Of a DNA stretch of 64,000 nucleotides, positions 49,601 through 62,853 are shown in pieces (within the stretch, counting starts at the first letter, position 1; every line of letters begins with the position of its first letter). The DNA comes from Antedon mediterranea (Eukaryota; Animalia; Echinodermata): positions 17,298,001 through 17,362,000 of the forward strand of contig NC_092674.1 of assembly GCF_964355755.1 (NCBI RefSeq), read 5' to 3'. A program made the position numbers and the translations under genes. The notes beneath the pieces were generated by a model that worked only from the letters and a program-made list of their open reading frames with translations, had not been told where the DNA came from and ran no database searches.

Positions 49601-52600
49601 GAGAGAGAGATAGATCAGCGAGAGAGAGATAGATCAGCGAGAGAGAGATAGATCAGCGAGAGAGAGATAGATCAGCGAGAGAGAAATAGATCAGCGAGAA
49701 AGAGATAGATCAGCGAGAGAGAGATAGATCAGCGAGAGAGAGATAGATCAGCGAGAGAGAGATAGATCAGCGAGAGAGAGATAGATCAGCGAGAGAGAGA
49801 TAGATCAGCGAGAGAGAGAGATAGATCATCGAGAGAGAGATAGATCAGCGAGAGAGAGATAGATCAGCGAGAGAGAGATAGATCAGCGAGAGAGAGATAG
49901 ATCAGCGAGAGAGAGATAGATCAGCGAGAGAGAGAGATAGATAGATCAGTTAGAGAGAGATAGATCAGCGAGAGAGAGAGATAGATAAGCCAGAGAGAGA
50001 TAGATCAGCGAGAGAGAGATAGATCAGTGAGAGAGAGAGATAGATCAGCGAGAGAGAGAGATAGATCAGCGAGAGAGAGATAGATCAGCGAGAGAGAGAG
50101 ATATAGACCAGCGAGAGGGAGATAGATCAGCGAGAGAGATAGATCAGCGAGAGAGAGATAGATCAGCGAGAGAGATAGATCAGCGAGAGAGAGATAGATC
50201 AGCGAGAGAGAGAGAGATAGATCATCGAGAGAGAGATAGATCAGCGAGAGAGATAGATCAGCGAGAGAGAGATAGATCAGCGAGAGAGAGATAGATCAGC
50301 GAGAGAGAAATAGATCAGCGAGAGAGAGATAGATCAGCGAGAGAGAGATAGATCAGCGAGAGAGAGATAGATCAGAGAGAGAGATAGATCAGCGATAGAG
50401 AGAGATAGATCAGCGAGAGAAAAATAGATCAGCGGGAGAGAGAGAGATAGATCGAGGAGAGAGAGATAGATCAGCGAGAGAGAGATAGATCAGCGAGAGA
50501 GAGATAGATCAGCGAGAGAGAGATAGATCAGTGAGAGAGAGAGATAGATCAGCGAGAGAGAGAGATAGATCAGCGAGAGAGAGATAGATCAGCGAGAGAG
50601 AGAGATATAGACCAGCGAGAGTGAGATAGATCAGCGAGAGAGAGATAGATCAGCGAGAGAGAGATAGATCAGCGAGAGAGAGATAGATCAGCGAGAGAGA
50701 GATAGATCAGCGAGAGAGAGAGATAGATCATCGAGAGAGAGATAGATCAGCGAGAGAGATAGATCAGCGAGAGAGAGATAGATCAGCGAGAGAGAGATAG
50801 ATCAGCGAGAGAGAAATAGATCAGCGAGAGAGAGATAGATCAGCGAGAGAGAGATAGATCAGCGAGAGAGAGATAGATCAGCGAGAGAGAGATAGATCAG
50901 AGAGAGAGATAGATCAGCGATAGAGAGAGATAGATCAGCGAGAAAGAAATAGATCAGCGGGAGAGAGAGAGATAGATCGAGGAGAGAGAGATAGATCAGC
51001 GAGAGAGAGATAGATCAGCGAGAGAGAGATAGATCAGCGAGAGAGAGATAGATCAGCGAGAGAGAAATAGATCAGCGAGAAAGAGATAGATCAGCGAGAG
51101 AGAGATAGATCAGCGAGAGAGAGATAGATCAGCGAGAGAGAGATAGATCAGCGAGAGAGATAGATCAGCGAGAGAGAGATAGATCAGCGAGAGAGAGAGA
51201 TAGATCATCGAGAGAGAGATAGATCAGCGAGAGAGAGATAGATCAGCGAGAGAGAGATAGATCAGCGAGAGAGAGATAGATCAGCGAGAGAGAGAGATAG
51301 ATAGATCAGTTAGAGAGAGATAGATCAGCGAGAGAGAGAGATAGATAAGCCAGAGAGAGATAGATCAGCGAGAGAGAGATAGATCAGTGAGAGAGAGAGA
51401 TAGATCAGCGAGAGAGAGAGATAGATCAGCGAGAGAGAGATAGATCAGCGAGAGAGAGAGATATAGACCAGCGAGAGGGAGATAGATCAGCGAGAGAGAG
51501 ATAGATCAGCGAGAGAGAGATAGATCAGCGAGAGAGAGATAGATCAGCGAGAGAGAGATAGATCAGCGAGAGAGAGATAGATCAGCGAGAGAGAGAGATA
51601 GATCATCGAGAGAGAGATAGATCAGCGAGAGAGATAGATCAGCGAGAGAGAGATAGATCAGCGAGAGAGAGATAGATCAGCGAGAGAGAAATAGATCAGC
51701 GAGAGAGAGATAGATCAGCGAGAGAGAGAGATAGATCAGCGAGAGAGAGATAGATCAGCGAGAGAGAGATAGATCAGAGAGAGAGATAGATCAGCGATAG
51801 AGAGAGATAGATCAGCGAGAGAGAAATAGATCAGCGGGAGAGAGAGAGATAGATCGAGGAGAGAGAGATAGATCAGCGAGAGAGAGATAGATCAGCGAGA
51901 GAGAGATAGATCAGCGAGAGAGAAATAGATCAGCGAGAAAGAGATAGATCAGCGAGAGAGAGATAGATCAGCGAGAGAGAGATAGATCAGCGAGAGAGAG
52001 ATAGATCAGCGAGAGAGAGATAGATCAGCGAGAGAGAGATAGATCAGCGAGAGAGAGAGATAGATCATCGAGAGAGAGATAGATCAGCGAGAGAGAGATA
52101 GATCAGCGAGAGAGAGATAGATCAGCGAGAGAGAGATAGATCAGCGAGAGAGAAATAGATCAGCGAGAGAGAGATAGATCAGCGAGAGAGAGATAGATCA
52201 GCGAGAGAGAAATAGATCAGCGAGAGAGAGATAGATCGAGGAGAGAGAGATAGATCAGCGAGAGAGAGAGAGATCAGCGAGAGAGAGATAGATCAGCGAG
52301 AGAGAGATAGATCAGCGAGAGAGAGATAGATCAGCGAGAGAGAGATAGATCAGCGAGAGAGAGATAGATCAGCGAGAGAGAGCGATAGATCAGCGAGAGA
52401 GAGAGGTAGATCAGCGAGAGAGAAAGAGATAGATCAGCGAGAGAGAGATAGATCAGCGAGAGAGAGAGATAGATCAGCGAGAGAGAGATAGATCAGCGAG
52501 AGAGAGAGAGAGAGAGAAAGATCAGCGAGAGAGAGATAGATCAGCGAGAGAGAGAAAGATCAGCGAGAGAGATATAAATCAGCGAGAGAGAGATAGATCA

Positions 52601-53748
52601 GCGAGAGAGAGATAGATAGGCGAGAGAGAGAGAAAGATCAGCGAGAGAGAGATAGATCAGCGAGAGAGAGATAGATCAGCGAGAGAGAGATAGATCACCG
52701 AGAGAGAGATAGATCAGCGAGAGAGAGATAGATCAGCGAGAGAGAGATAGATCAGAGAGAGAGAGAGATAGATCCGAGAGAGAGATAGATCAGCGAGAGA
52801 GAGATAGATCAGCGAGAGAGAGATAGATCAGCGAGAGAGAGAGAGATATAGACCAGCGAGAGGGAGATAGATCAGCGAGAGAGAGATAGATCAGCGAGAA
52901 AGAGATAGATCAGCGAGAGAGAGATAGATCAGCGAGAGAGAGATAGATCAGCGAGAGAGAGATAGATCAGCGAGAGAGAGAGATAGATCATCGAGAGAGA
53001 GATAGATCAGCGAGAGAGAGATAGATCAGCGAGAGAGAGATAGATCAGCGAGAGAGAAATAGATCAGCGAGAGAGAGATAGATCAGCGAGAAAGAGATAG
53101 ATCAGCGAGAGAGAGATAGATCAGCGAGAGAGAGATAGATCAGAGAGAGAGATAGATCAGCGATAGAGAGAGATAGATCAGCGAGAGAGAAATAGATCAG
53201 CGGGAGAGAGAGAGATAGATCGAGGAGAGAGAGATAGATCAGCGAGAGTAAGATAGATCAGCGAGAGAGAGATAGATCAGCGAGAGAGAGATAGATCAGC
53301 GAGAGAGAGATAGATCAGCGAGAGAGAGATAGATCAGCAAGAGAGATATAGATCAGCGAGAGAGAGATAGATCAGCGAGAGAGAGATAGATCAGCGAGAG
53401 AGAGATAGATCAGCGAGAGAGAGATAGATCAGGGAGAGAGAGATCATCGAGAGAGAGATAGATCAGCGAGAGAGAGATAGATCAGCGAGAGAGAGATAGA
53501 TCAGCGAGAGAGAGATAGATCAGCGGAGAGAGAATAGATCAGCGAGAGAGAAATAGATCAGCGAGAGAGAGATAGATCAGCGAGAAGATAGATCAGAGAG
53601 ATAAATCAGTGAGAGAGAGACACATCAGCGAGAGAAAGACAGATCAGCGAGAGAGAGACAGATCAGCGAGAGAGAGAGAGACAGACAGATCAGCGAGAGA
53701 GAGAGACAGATCAGCGAGAGAGACACAGATCAGCGAAAAAGACACAGA

Positions 53749-53807
<59 letters not shown>

Positions 53808-56800
53808 TTAGCGAGAGAGAGACAGATCAGCGAGAGAGGGACAGATCAGTGAGAGAGAGAGATAGATCAGCGAGAGAGAGATAGATCAGCGAGAGAGAGA
53901 TAGATCAGAGAGAGAGATAGATCAGCGATAGAGAGAGATAGATCAGCGAGAGAGAAATAGATCAGCGGGAGAGAGAGATAGATCGAGGAGAGAGAGATAG
54001 ATCAGCGAGAGAGAGATAGATCAGCGAGAGAGAGATAGATCAGCGAGAGAGAGATAGATCAGCGAGAGAGTAATAGATCAGCGAGAAAGAGATAGATCAG
54101 CGAGAGAGAGATAGATCAGCGAGAGAGAGATAGATCAGCGAGAGAGAGATAGATCAGCGAGAGAGAGATAGATCAGCGAGAGAGAGAGATAGATCATCGA
54201 GAGAGAGATAGATCAGCGAGAGAGAGATAGATCAGCGAGAGAGAGATAGATCAGCGAGAGAGAGATAGATCAGCGAGAGAGAGAGATAGATAGATCAGTT
54301 AGAGAGAGATAGATCAGCGAGAGAGAGAGATAGATAAGCCAGAGAGAGATAGATCAGCGAGAGAGAGATAGATCAGTGAGAGAGAGAGATAGATCAGCGA
54401 GAGAGAGAGATAGATCAGCGAGAGAGAGATAGATCAGCGAGAGAGAGAGATATAGACCAGCGAGAGGGAGATAGATCAGCGAGAGAGAGATAGATCAGCG
54501 AGAGAGAGATAGATCAGCGAGAGAGAGATAGATCAGCGAGAGAGAGATAGATCAGCGAGAGAGAGAGATAGATCATCGAGAGAGAGATAGATCAGCGAGA
54601 GAGATAGATCAGCGAGAGAGATAGATCAGCGAGAGAGAGATAGATCAGCGAGAGAGAGATAGATCAGCGAGAGAGAAATAGATCAGCGAGAGAGAGATAG
54701 ATCAGCGAGAGAGAGATAGATCAGCGAGAGAGAGATAGATCAGCGAGAGAGAGATAGATCAGAGAGAGAGATAGATCAGCGATAGAGAGAGATAGATCAG
54801 CGAGAGAGAAATAGATCAGCGGGAGAGAGAGAGATAGATCGAGGAGAGAGAGATAGATCAGCGAGAGAGAGATAGATCAGCGAGAGAGAGATAGATCAGC
54901 GAGAGAGAGATAGATCAGCGAGAGAGAGATAGATCAGCGAGAGAGAAATAGATCAGCGAGAAAGAGATAGATCAGCGAGAGAGAGATAGATCAGCGAGAG
55001 AGAGATAGATCAGCGAGAGAGAGATAGATCAGCGAGAGAGAGATAGATCAGCGAGAGAGAGATAGATCAGCGAGAGAGAGAGATAGATCATCGAGAGAGA
55101 GATAGATCAGCGAGAGAGAGATAGATCAGCGAGAGAGAGATAGATCAGCGAGAGAGAGATAGATCAGCGAGAGAGAAATAGATCAGCGAGAGAGAGATAG
55201 ATCAGCGAGAGAGAGATAGATCAGCGAGAGAGAGATAGATCAGCGAGAGAGAGATAGATCGAGGAGAGAGAGATAGATCAGCGAGAGAGAGAGAGATCAG
55301 CGAGAGAGAGATAGATCAGCGAGAGAGAGATAGATCAGCGAGAGAGAGATAGATCAGCGAGAGAGAGATAGATCAGCGAGAGAGAGATAGATCAGCGAGA
55401 GAGAGCGATAGATCAGCGAGAGAGAGAGGTAGATCAGCGAGAGAGAAAGAGATAGATCAGCGAGAGAGAGATAGATCAGCGAGAGAGAGAGATAGATCAG
55501 CGAGAGAGAGATAGATCAGCGAGAGAGAGAGAGAGAGAGATAGATCAGCGAGAGAGAGATAGATCAGCGAGAGAGAGAAAGATCAGCGAGAGAGATATAG
55601 ATCAGCGAGAGAGAGATAGATCAGCGAGAGAGAGATAGATAGGCGAGAGAGAGAGAAAGATCAGCGAGAGAGAGATAGATCAGCGAGAGAGAGAGATAGA
55701 TCAGCGAGAGAGAGATAGATCACCGAGAGAGAGATAGATCAGCGAGAGAGAGATAGATCAGCGAGAGAGAGATAGATCAGAGAGAGAGAGATAGATCAGC
55801 GAGAGAGAGATAGATCAGCGAGAGAGAGATAGATCAGCGAGAGAGAGATAGATCAGCGAGAGAGAGAGAGATATAGACCAGCGAGAGGGAGATAGATCAG
55901 CGAGAGAGAGATAGATCAGCGAGAAAGAGATAGATCAGAGAGAGAGAGATAGATCAGCGAGAGAGAGATAGATCAGCGAGAGAGAGATAGATCAGCGAGA
56001 GAGAGAGATAGATCATCGAGAGAGAGATAGATCAGCGATAGAGAGATAGATCAGCGAGAGAGAGATAGATCAGCGAGAGAGAAATAGATCAGCGAGAGAG
56101 AGATAGATCAGCGAGAAAGAGATAGATCAGCGAGAGAGAGATAGATCAGCGAGAGAGAGATAGATCAGAGAGAGAGATAGATCAGCGATAGAGAGAGATA
56201 GATCAGCGAGAGAGAAATAGATCAGCGGGAGAGAGAGAGATAGATCGAGGAGAGAGAGATAGATCAGCGAGAGAGAGATAGATCAGCGAGAGAGAGATAG
56301 ATCAGCGAGAGAGAGATAGATCAGCGAGAGAGAAATAGATCAGCGAGAGAGAGATAGATCAGCGAGAGAGAGATAGATCAGCGAGAGAGAGATAGATCAG
56401 CAAGAGAGATATAGATCAGCGAGAGAGAGATAGATCAGCGAGAGAGAGATAGATCAGCGAGAGAGAGATAGATCAGCGAGAGAGAGATAGATCAGGGAGA
56501 GAGAGAGATAGATCATCGAGAGAGAGATAGATCAGCGAGAGAGAGATAGATCAGCGAGAGAGAGATAGATCAGCGAGAGAGAGATAGATCAGCGAGAGAG
56601 AGATAGATCAGCGAGAGAGAGATAGATCAGCGAGAGAGAGATAGATCAGCGAGAGAGAGAGATAGATCATCGAGAGAGAGATAGATCAGCGAGAGAGAGA
56701 TAGATCAGCGAGAAAGAGATAGATCAGCGAGAGAGAGATAGATCAGCGAGAGAGAGATAGATCAGAGAGAGAGATAGATCAGCGAGAGAGAGATAGATCA

Positions 56801-59800
56801 GCGAGAGAGAGAGATAGATCATCGAGAGAGAGATAGATCAGCGAGAGAGAGATAGATCAGCGAGAGAGAGATAGATCAGCGAGAGAGAGATAGATCAGCG
56901 AGAGAGAAATAGATCAGCGAGAGAGAGATAGATCAGCGAGAGAGAGATAGATCAGCGAGAGAGAGATAGATCAGCGAGAGAGAGATAGATCAGAGAGAGA
57001 GAGATAGATCAGCGATAGAGAGAGATAGATCAGCGAGAGAGAAATAGATCAGCGGGAGAGAGAGAGATAGATCGAGGAGAGAGAGATAGATCAGCGAGAG
57101 AGAGAGAGATCAGCGAGAGAGAGATAGATCAGCGAGAGAGAGATAGATCAGCGAGAGAGAGATAGATCAGCGAGAGAGAGATAGATCAGCGAAAGAGAGA
57201 TAGATCAGCGAGAGAGAGCGATAGATCAGCGAGAGAGAGAGGTAGATCAGCGAGAGAGAAAGAGATAGATCAGCGAGAGAGAGATAGATCAGCGAGAGAG
57301 AGAGATAGATCAGCGAGAGAGAGATAGATCAGCGAGAGAGAGAAAGAGAGAGAGATAGATCAGCGAGAGAGAGATAGATCAGCGAGAGAGAGAAAAATCA
57401 GCGAGAGAGATATAGATCAGCGAGAGAGAGATAGATCAGCGAGAGAGAGATAGATAGGCGAGAGAGAGAGAAAGATCAGCGAGAGAGAGATAGATCAGCG
57501 AGAGAGAGAGATAGATCATCGAGAGAGAGATAGATCAGCGAGAGAGAGATAGATCAGCGAGAGAGAGATAGATCAGCGAGAGAGAGATAGATCAGCGAGA
57601 GAGAAATAGATCAGCGAGAGAGAGATAGATCAGCGAGAGAGAGATAGATCAGCGAGAGAGAGATAGATCAGCGAGAGAGAGATAGATCAGAGAGAGAGAG
57701 ATAGATCAGCGATAGAGAGAGATAGATCAGCGAGAGAGAAATAGATCAGCGGGAGAGAGAGAGATAGATCGAGGAGAGAGAGATAGATCAGCGAGAGAGA
57801 GAGATCAGCGAGAGAGAGATAGATCAGCGAGAGAGAGATAGATCAGCGAGAGAGAGATAGATCAGCGAGAGAGAGATAGATCAGCGAGAGAGAAATAGAT
57901 CAGCGAGAGAGAGATAGATCAGCGAGAGAGAGATAGATCAGCGAGAGAGAGATAGATCAGAGAGAGAGATAGATCAGCGATAGAGAGAGATAGATCAGCG
58001 AGAGAGAAATAGATCAGCGGGAGAGAGAGAGATAGATCGAGGAGAGAGAGATAGATCAGAGAGAGAGATAGATCAGCGAGAGAGAGATAGATCAGCGAGA
58101 GAGAGATAGATCAGCGAGAGAGAAATAGATCAGCGAGAGAGAGATAGATCAGCGAGAGAGAGATAGATCAGCGAGAGAGATATAGATCAGCAAGAGATAT
58201 ATAGATCAGCGAGAGAGAGATAGATCAGCGAGAGAGAGATAGATCAGCGAGAGAGAGATAGATCAGCGAGAGAGAGATAGATCAGCGAGAGAGAGAGATA
58301 GATCATCGAGAGAGAGATAGATCAGCGAGAGAGAGATAGATCAGCGAGAGAGAGATAGATCAGCGAGAGAGAGATAGATCAGCGAGAGAGAAATAGATCA
58401 GCGAGAGAGAGATAGATCAGCGAGAGAGAGATAGATCAGCGAGAGAGAGAAAGATAAGCGAGAGAGAGAGATAGATCAGCGAGAGAGAGATAGATCAGCG
58501 AGAGAAAGATAGATCAGCGAGAGGGAGATAGATCAGAGAGAGAGAGAGAGATAGATCAGCAAGAGAGAGAGATAGATCAGCGAGAGAGAGAGAAAGATCA
58601 GCGAGAGAGAGATAGATCAGCGAGAGAGAGATAGATCAGCGAGAGAGAGATAGATCAGCGAGAGAGAGAAAGATCAGCGAGAGAGAGATAGATCAGCGAG
58701 AAAGAGATAGATCAGCGAGAGAGAGATAGATCAGCGAGACAGAGATAGATCAGCGAGAGAGAGATAGATCAGCGAGAGAGAGATAGATCAGCGAGAGAGA
58801 GAGATAGATCAGCGAGAGAGAGAAAGATCAGCGAGAGAGATAGATCAGCGAGAGAGAGATAGATCAGCGAGAGAGAGATAGATCAGCGAGACAGAGATAG
58901 ATCAGCGAGAGAGCGATAGATCAGCGAGAGAGAGATAGATCAGCGAGAGAGAGATAGATTAGCGAGAGAGAGATAGATCAGCGAGAGAGAGATAGATCAG
59001 CGAGAGAGATAGATCAGCGAGAGAGAGACAGATCAGCGAGAGAGAGATAGATAAGCGAGAGAGAGATAGATCAGCGAGAGAGATATAGATCAGCGAGAGA
59101 GAGATAGATCAGCGAGAGAGAGATAGATCAGCGAGAGAGAGATAGATCAACGAGAGAGAGAGATAGATCAACGAGAGAGAGATCAGCGAGAGAGATAGAT
59201 CAGCGAGAGAGAGAGATAGGTCAGCGAGAGAGAGATAGATCAGCGAGAGAGAGATAGATCAGCGAGATAGAGTTAGATCAGCGAGAGAGAGATAGATCAG
59301 CGAGAGAGAGATAGATCAGCGAGAGCGAGATACATCGGGAAGAGAGAGATAGATCAGCGAGAGAGAGATAGATAAGCGAGAGAGAGATAGATCAGCGAGA
59401 GAGAGATAGATCAGCGAGAGAGAGATAGATCAGTGAGAGAGATAGATAGATCAGCGAGAGAGAGAGATAGATAGATCAGTTAGAGAGAGATAGATCAGCG
59501 AGAGAGAGAGATAGATAAGCAAGAGAGAGAGATAGATCAGCGAGAGAGAGATAGATCAGTGAGAGAGAGAGATAGATCCGTGAGAGAGAGAGATAGATCA
59601 GCGAGAGAGAGATAGATCAGCGAGAGAGAGAGAGAGATATAGACCAGCGAGAGGGAGATAGATCAGCGAGAGAGAGATAGATCAGCGAGAGAGAGATAGA
59701 TCAGCGAGAGAGAGATAGATCAGCGAGAGAGAGATAGATCAGCGAGAGAGAGATAGATCAGCGAGAGAGAGAGATAGATCATCGAGAGAGAGATAGATCA

Positions 59801-60580
59801 GCGAGAGAGAGATAGATCAGCGAGAGAGAGATAGATCAGCGAGAGAGAAATAGATCAGCGAGAGAGAGATAGATCAGCGAGAAAGAGATAGATCAGCGAG
59901 AGAGAGATAGATCAGCGAGAGAGAGATAGATCAGAGAGAGAGATAGATCAGCGATAGAGAGAGATAGATCAGCGAGAGAGAAATAGATCAGCGGGAGAGA
60001 GAGAGATAGATCGAGGAGAGAGAGATAGATCAGAGAGAGAGAGATAGATCAGCGAGAGAGAGATAGATCAGCGAGAGAGAGATAGATCAGCGAGAGAGAA
60101 ATAGATCAGCGAGAGAGAGATAGATCAGCGAGAGAGAGATAGATCAGCGAGAGAGAGATAGATCAGCAAGAGAGATATAGATCAGCGAGAGAGAGATAGA
60201 TCAGCGAGAGAGAGATAGATCAGCGAGAGAGAGATAGATCAGCGAGAGAGAGATAGATCAGCGAGAGAGAGAGATAGATCATCGAGAGAGAGATAGATCA
60301 GCGAGAGAGAGATAGATCAGCGAGAGAGAGATAGATCAGCGAGAGAGAGATAGATCAGCGAGAGAGAAATAGATCAGCGAGAGAGAGATAGATCAGCGAG
60401 AGAGAGATAGATCAGCGAGAGAGAGATAAATCAGCGAGAGAGAGACACATCAGCGAGAGAAAGACAGATCAGCGAGAGAGAGACAGATCAGCGAGAGAGA
60501 GAGAGACAGACAGATCAGCGAGAGAGAGAGAGACAGATCAGCGAGAGAGACACAGATCAGCGAAAAAGACACAGATCAGC

Positions 60581-60614
<34 letters not shown>

Positions 60615-62817
60615 TTAGCGAGAGAGAGACAGATCAGCGAGAGAGGGACAGATCAGTGAGAGAGAGAGACAGATTGACTAGAGAGAGACAGATCAGCGAG
60701 AGAGAGACAGATCGGCTAGAGAGAGACAGATCAGCGAGAGAGAGACAGATCAGCGAGAGAGAGATAGATCAGCGAGAAGGAGATAGATCAGCGAGAGAGA
60801 GATAGATCAGTGAGAGAGAGATAGATCAGCGAGAGAGAGATAGATCAGCGAGAGAGAGAGATAGATCAGCGAGAGAGAGATAGATCAGCGAGAGAGATAG
60901 ATCAGTGAGAGGGAGATAGATCAGAGAGAGAGAGATAGATCAGCGAGAGAGAGATAGATCAGCGAGAGAGAGAAAGATCAGCGAGAGAGAGATAGATCAG
61001 CGAGAGAGAGATAGATCAGCGAGAGAGAGATAGATCAGCGAGAGAGAGAAAGATCAGCGAGAGAGAGATAGATCAGCGAGAAAGAGATAGATCAGCGAGA
61101 GAGAGATAGATCAGCGAGACAGAGATAGATCAGCGAGAGAGAGATAGATCAGCGAGAGAGAGATAGATCAGCGAGAGAGAGATAGATCAGCGAGAGAGAG
61201 ATAGATCAGCGAGAGAGAGAAAGATCAGCGAGAGAGATAGATCAGCGAGAGAGAGATAGATCAGCGAGAGAGAGATAGATCAGCGAGACAGAGATAGATC
61301 AGCGAGAGAGCGATAGATCAGCGAGAGAGAGATAGATCAGCGAGAGAGAGATAGATTAGCGAGAGAGAGATAGATCAGCGAGAGAGAGATAGATCAGCGA
61401 GAGAGAGATAGATCAGCGAGAGAGAGACAGATCAGCGAGAGAGAGATAGATAAGCGAGAGAGAGATAGATCAGCGAGACAGATATAGATCAGCGAGAGAG
61501 AGATAGATCAGCGAGAGAGAGATAGATCAGCGAGAGAGAGATAGATCAACGAGAGAGAGAGATAGATCAACGAGAGAGAGAGATCAGCGAGAGAGATAGA
61601 TCAGCGAGAGAGAGAGAGATAGGTCAGCGAGAGAGAGATAGATCAGCGAGAGAGAGATAGATCAGCGAGATAGAGATAGATCAGCGAGAGAGAGATAGAT
61701 CAGCGAGAGAGAGATAGATCAGCGAGAGCGAGATACATCGGGGAGAGATAGATAGATCAGCGAGAGAGAGATAGATAAGCGAGAGAGAGATAGATCAGCG
61801 AGAGAGAGATAGATCAGCGAGAGAGAGATAGATCAGCGAGAGAGATAGATAGATCAGCGAGAGAGAGAGATAGATAGATCAGTTAGAGAGAGATAGATCA
61901 GCGAGAGAGAGAGATAGATAAGCCAGAGAGAGATAGATCAGCGAGAGAGAGATAGATCAGTGAGAGAGAGAGATAGATCAGCGAGAGAGAGAGATAGATC
62001 AGCGAGAGAGAGATAGATCAGCGAGAGAGAGAGATATAGACCAGCGAGAGGGAGATAGATCAGCGAGAGAGAGATAGATCAGCGAGAGAGAGATAGATCA
62101 GCGAGAGAGAGATAGATCAGCGAGAGAGAGATAGATCAGCGAGAGAGAGAGATAGATCATCGAGAGAGAGATAGATCAGCGAGAGAGATAGATCAGCGAG
62201 AGAGAGATAGATCAGCGAGAGAGAGATAGATCAGCGAGAGAGAAATAGATCAGCGAGAGAGAGATAGATCAGCGAGAGAGTGATAGATCAGCGAGAGAGA
62301 GATAGATCAGCGAGAGAGAGATAGATCAGCGAGAGAGAAATAGATCAGCGGGAGAGAGAGAGATAGATCGAGGAGAGAGATAGATCAGCGAGAGAGAGAT
62401 AGATCAGCAAGAGAGATATAGATCAGCGAGAGAGAGATAGATCAGCGAGAGAGAGATAGATCAGCGAGAGAGAGATAGATCAGCGAGAGAGAGATAGATC
62501 TGCGAGAGAGAGAGATAGATCATCGAGAGAGAGATAGATCAGCGAGAGAGAGATAGATCAGCGAGAGAGAGATAGATCAGCGAGAGAGAGATAGATCAGC
62601 GAGAGAGAAATAGATCAGCGAGAGAGAGATAGATCAGCGAGAGAGAGATAGATCAGCGAGAGAGAGATAAATCAGCGAGAGAGAGACACATCAGCGAGAG
62701 AAAGACAGATCAGCGAGAGAGAGACAGATCAGCGAGAGAGAGAGACAGACATATCAGCGAGAGAGAGAGACAGATCAGCGAGAGAGACACAGATCAGCGA
62801 AAAAGACACAGATCAGC

Positions 62818-62853
<36 letters not shown>

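Noticed and set aside
53609-53884. 91-aa RE-rich ORF
   Set aside because: Arises where GATAGA to GACAGA variants remove the TAG stop in satellite D.
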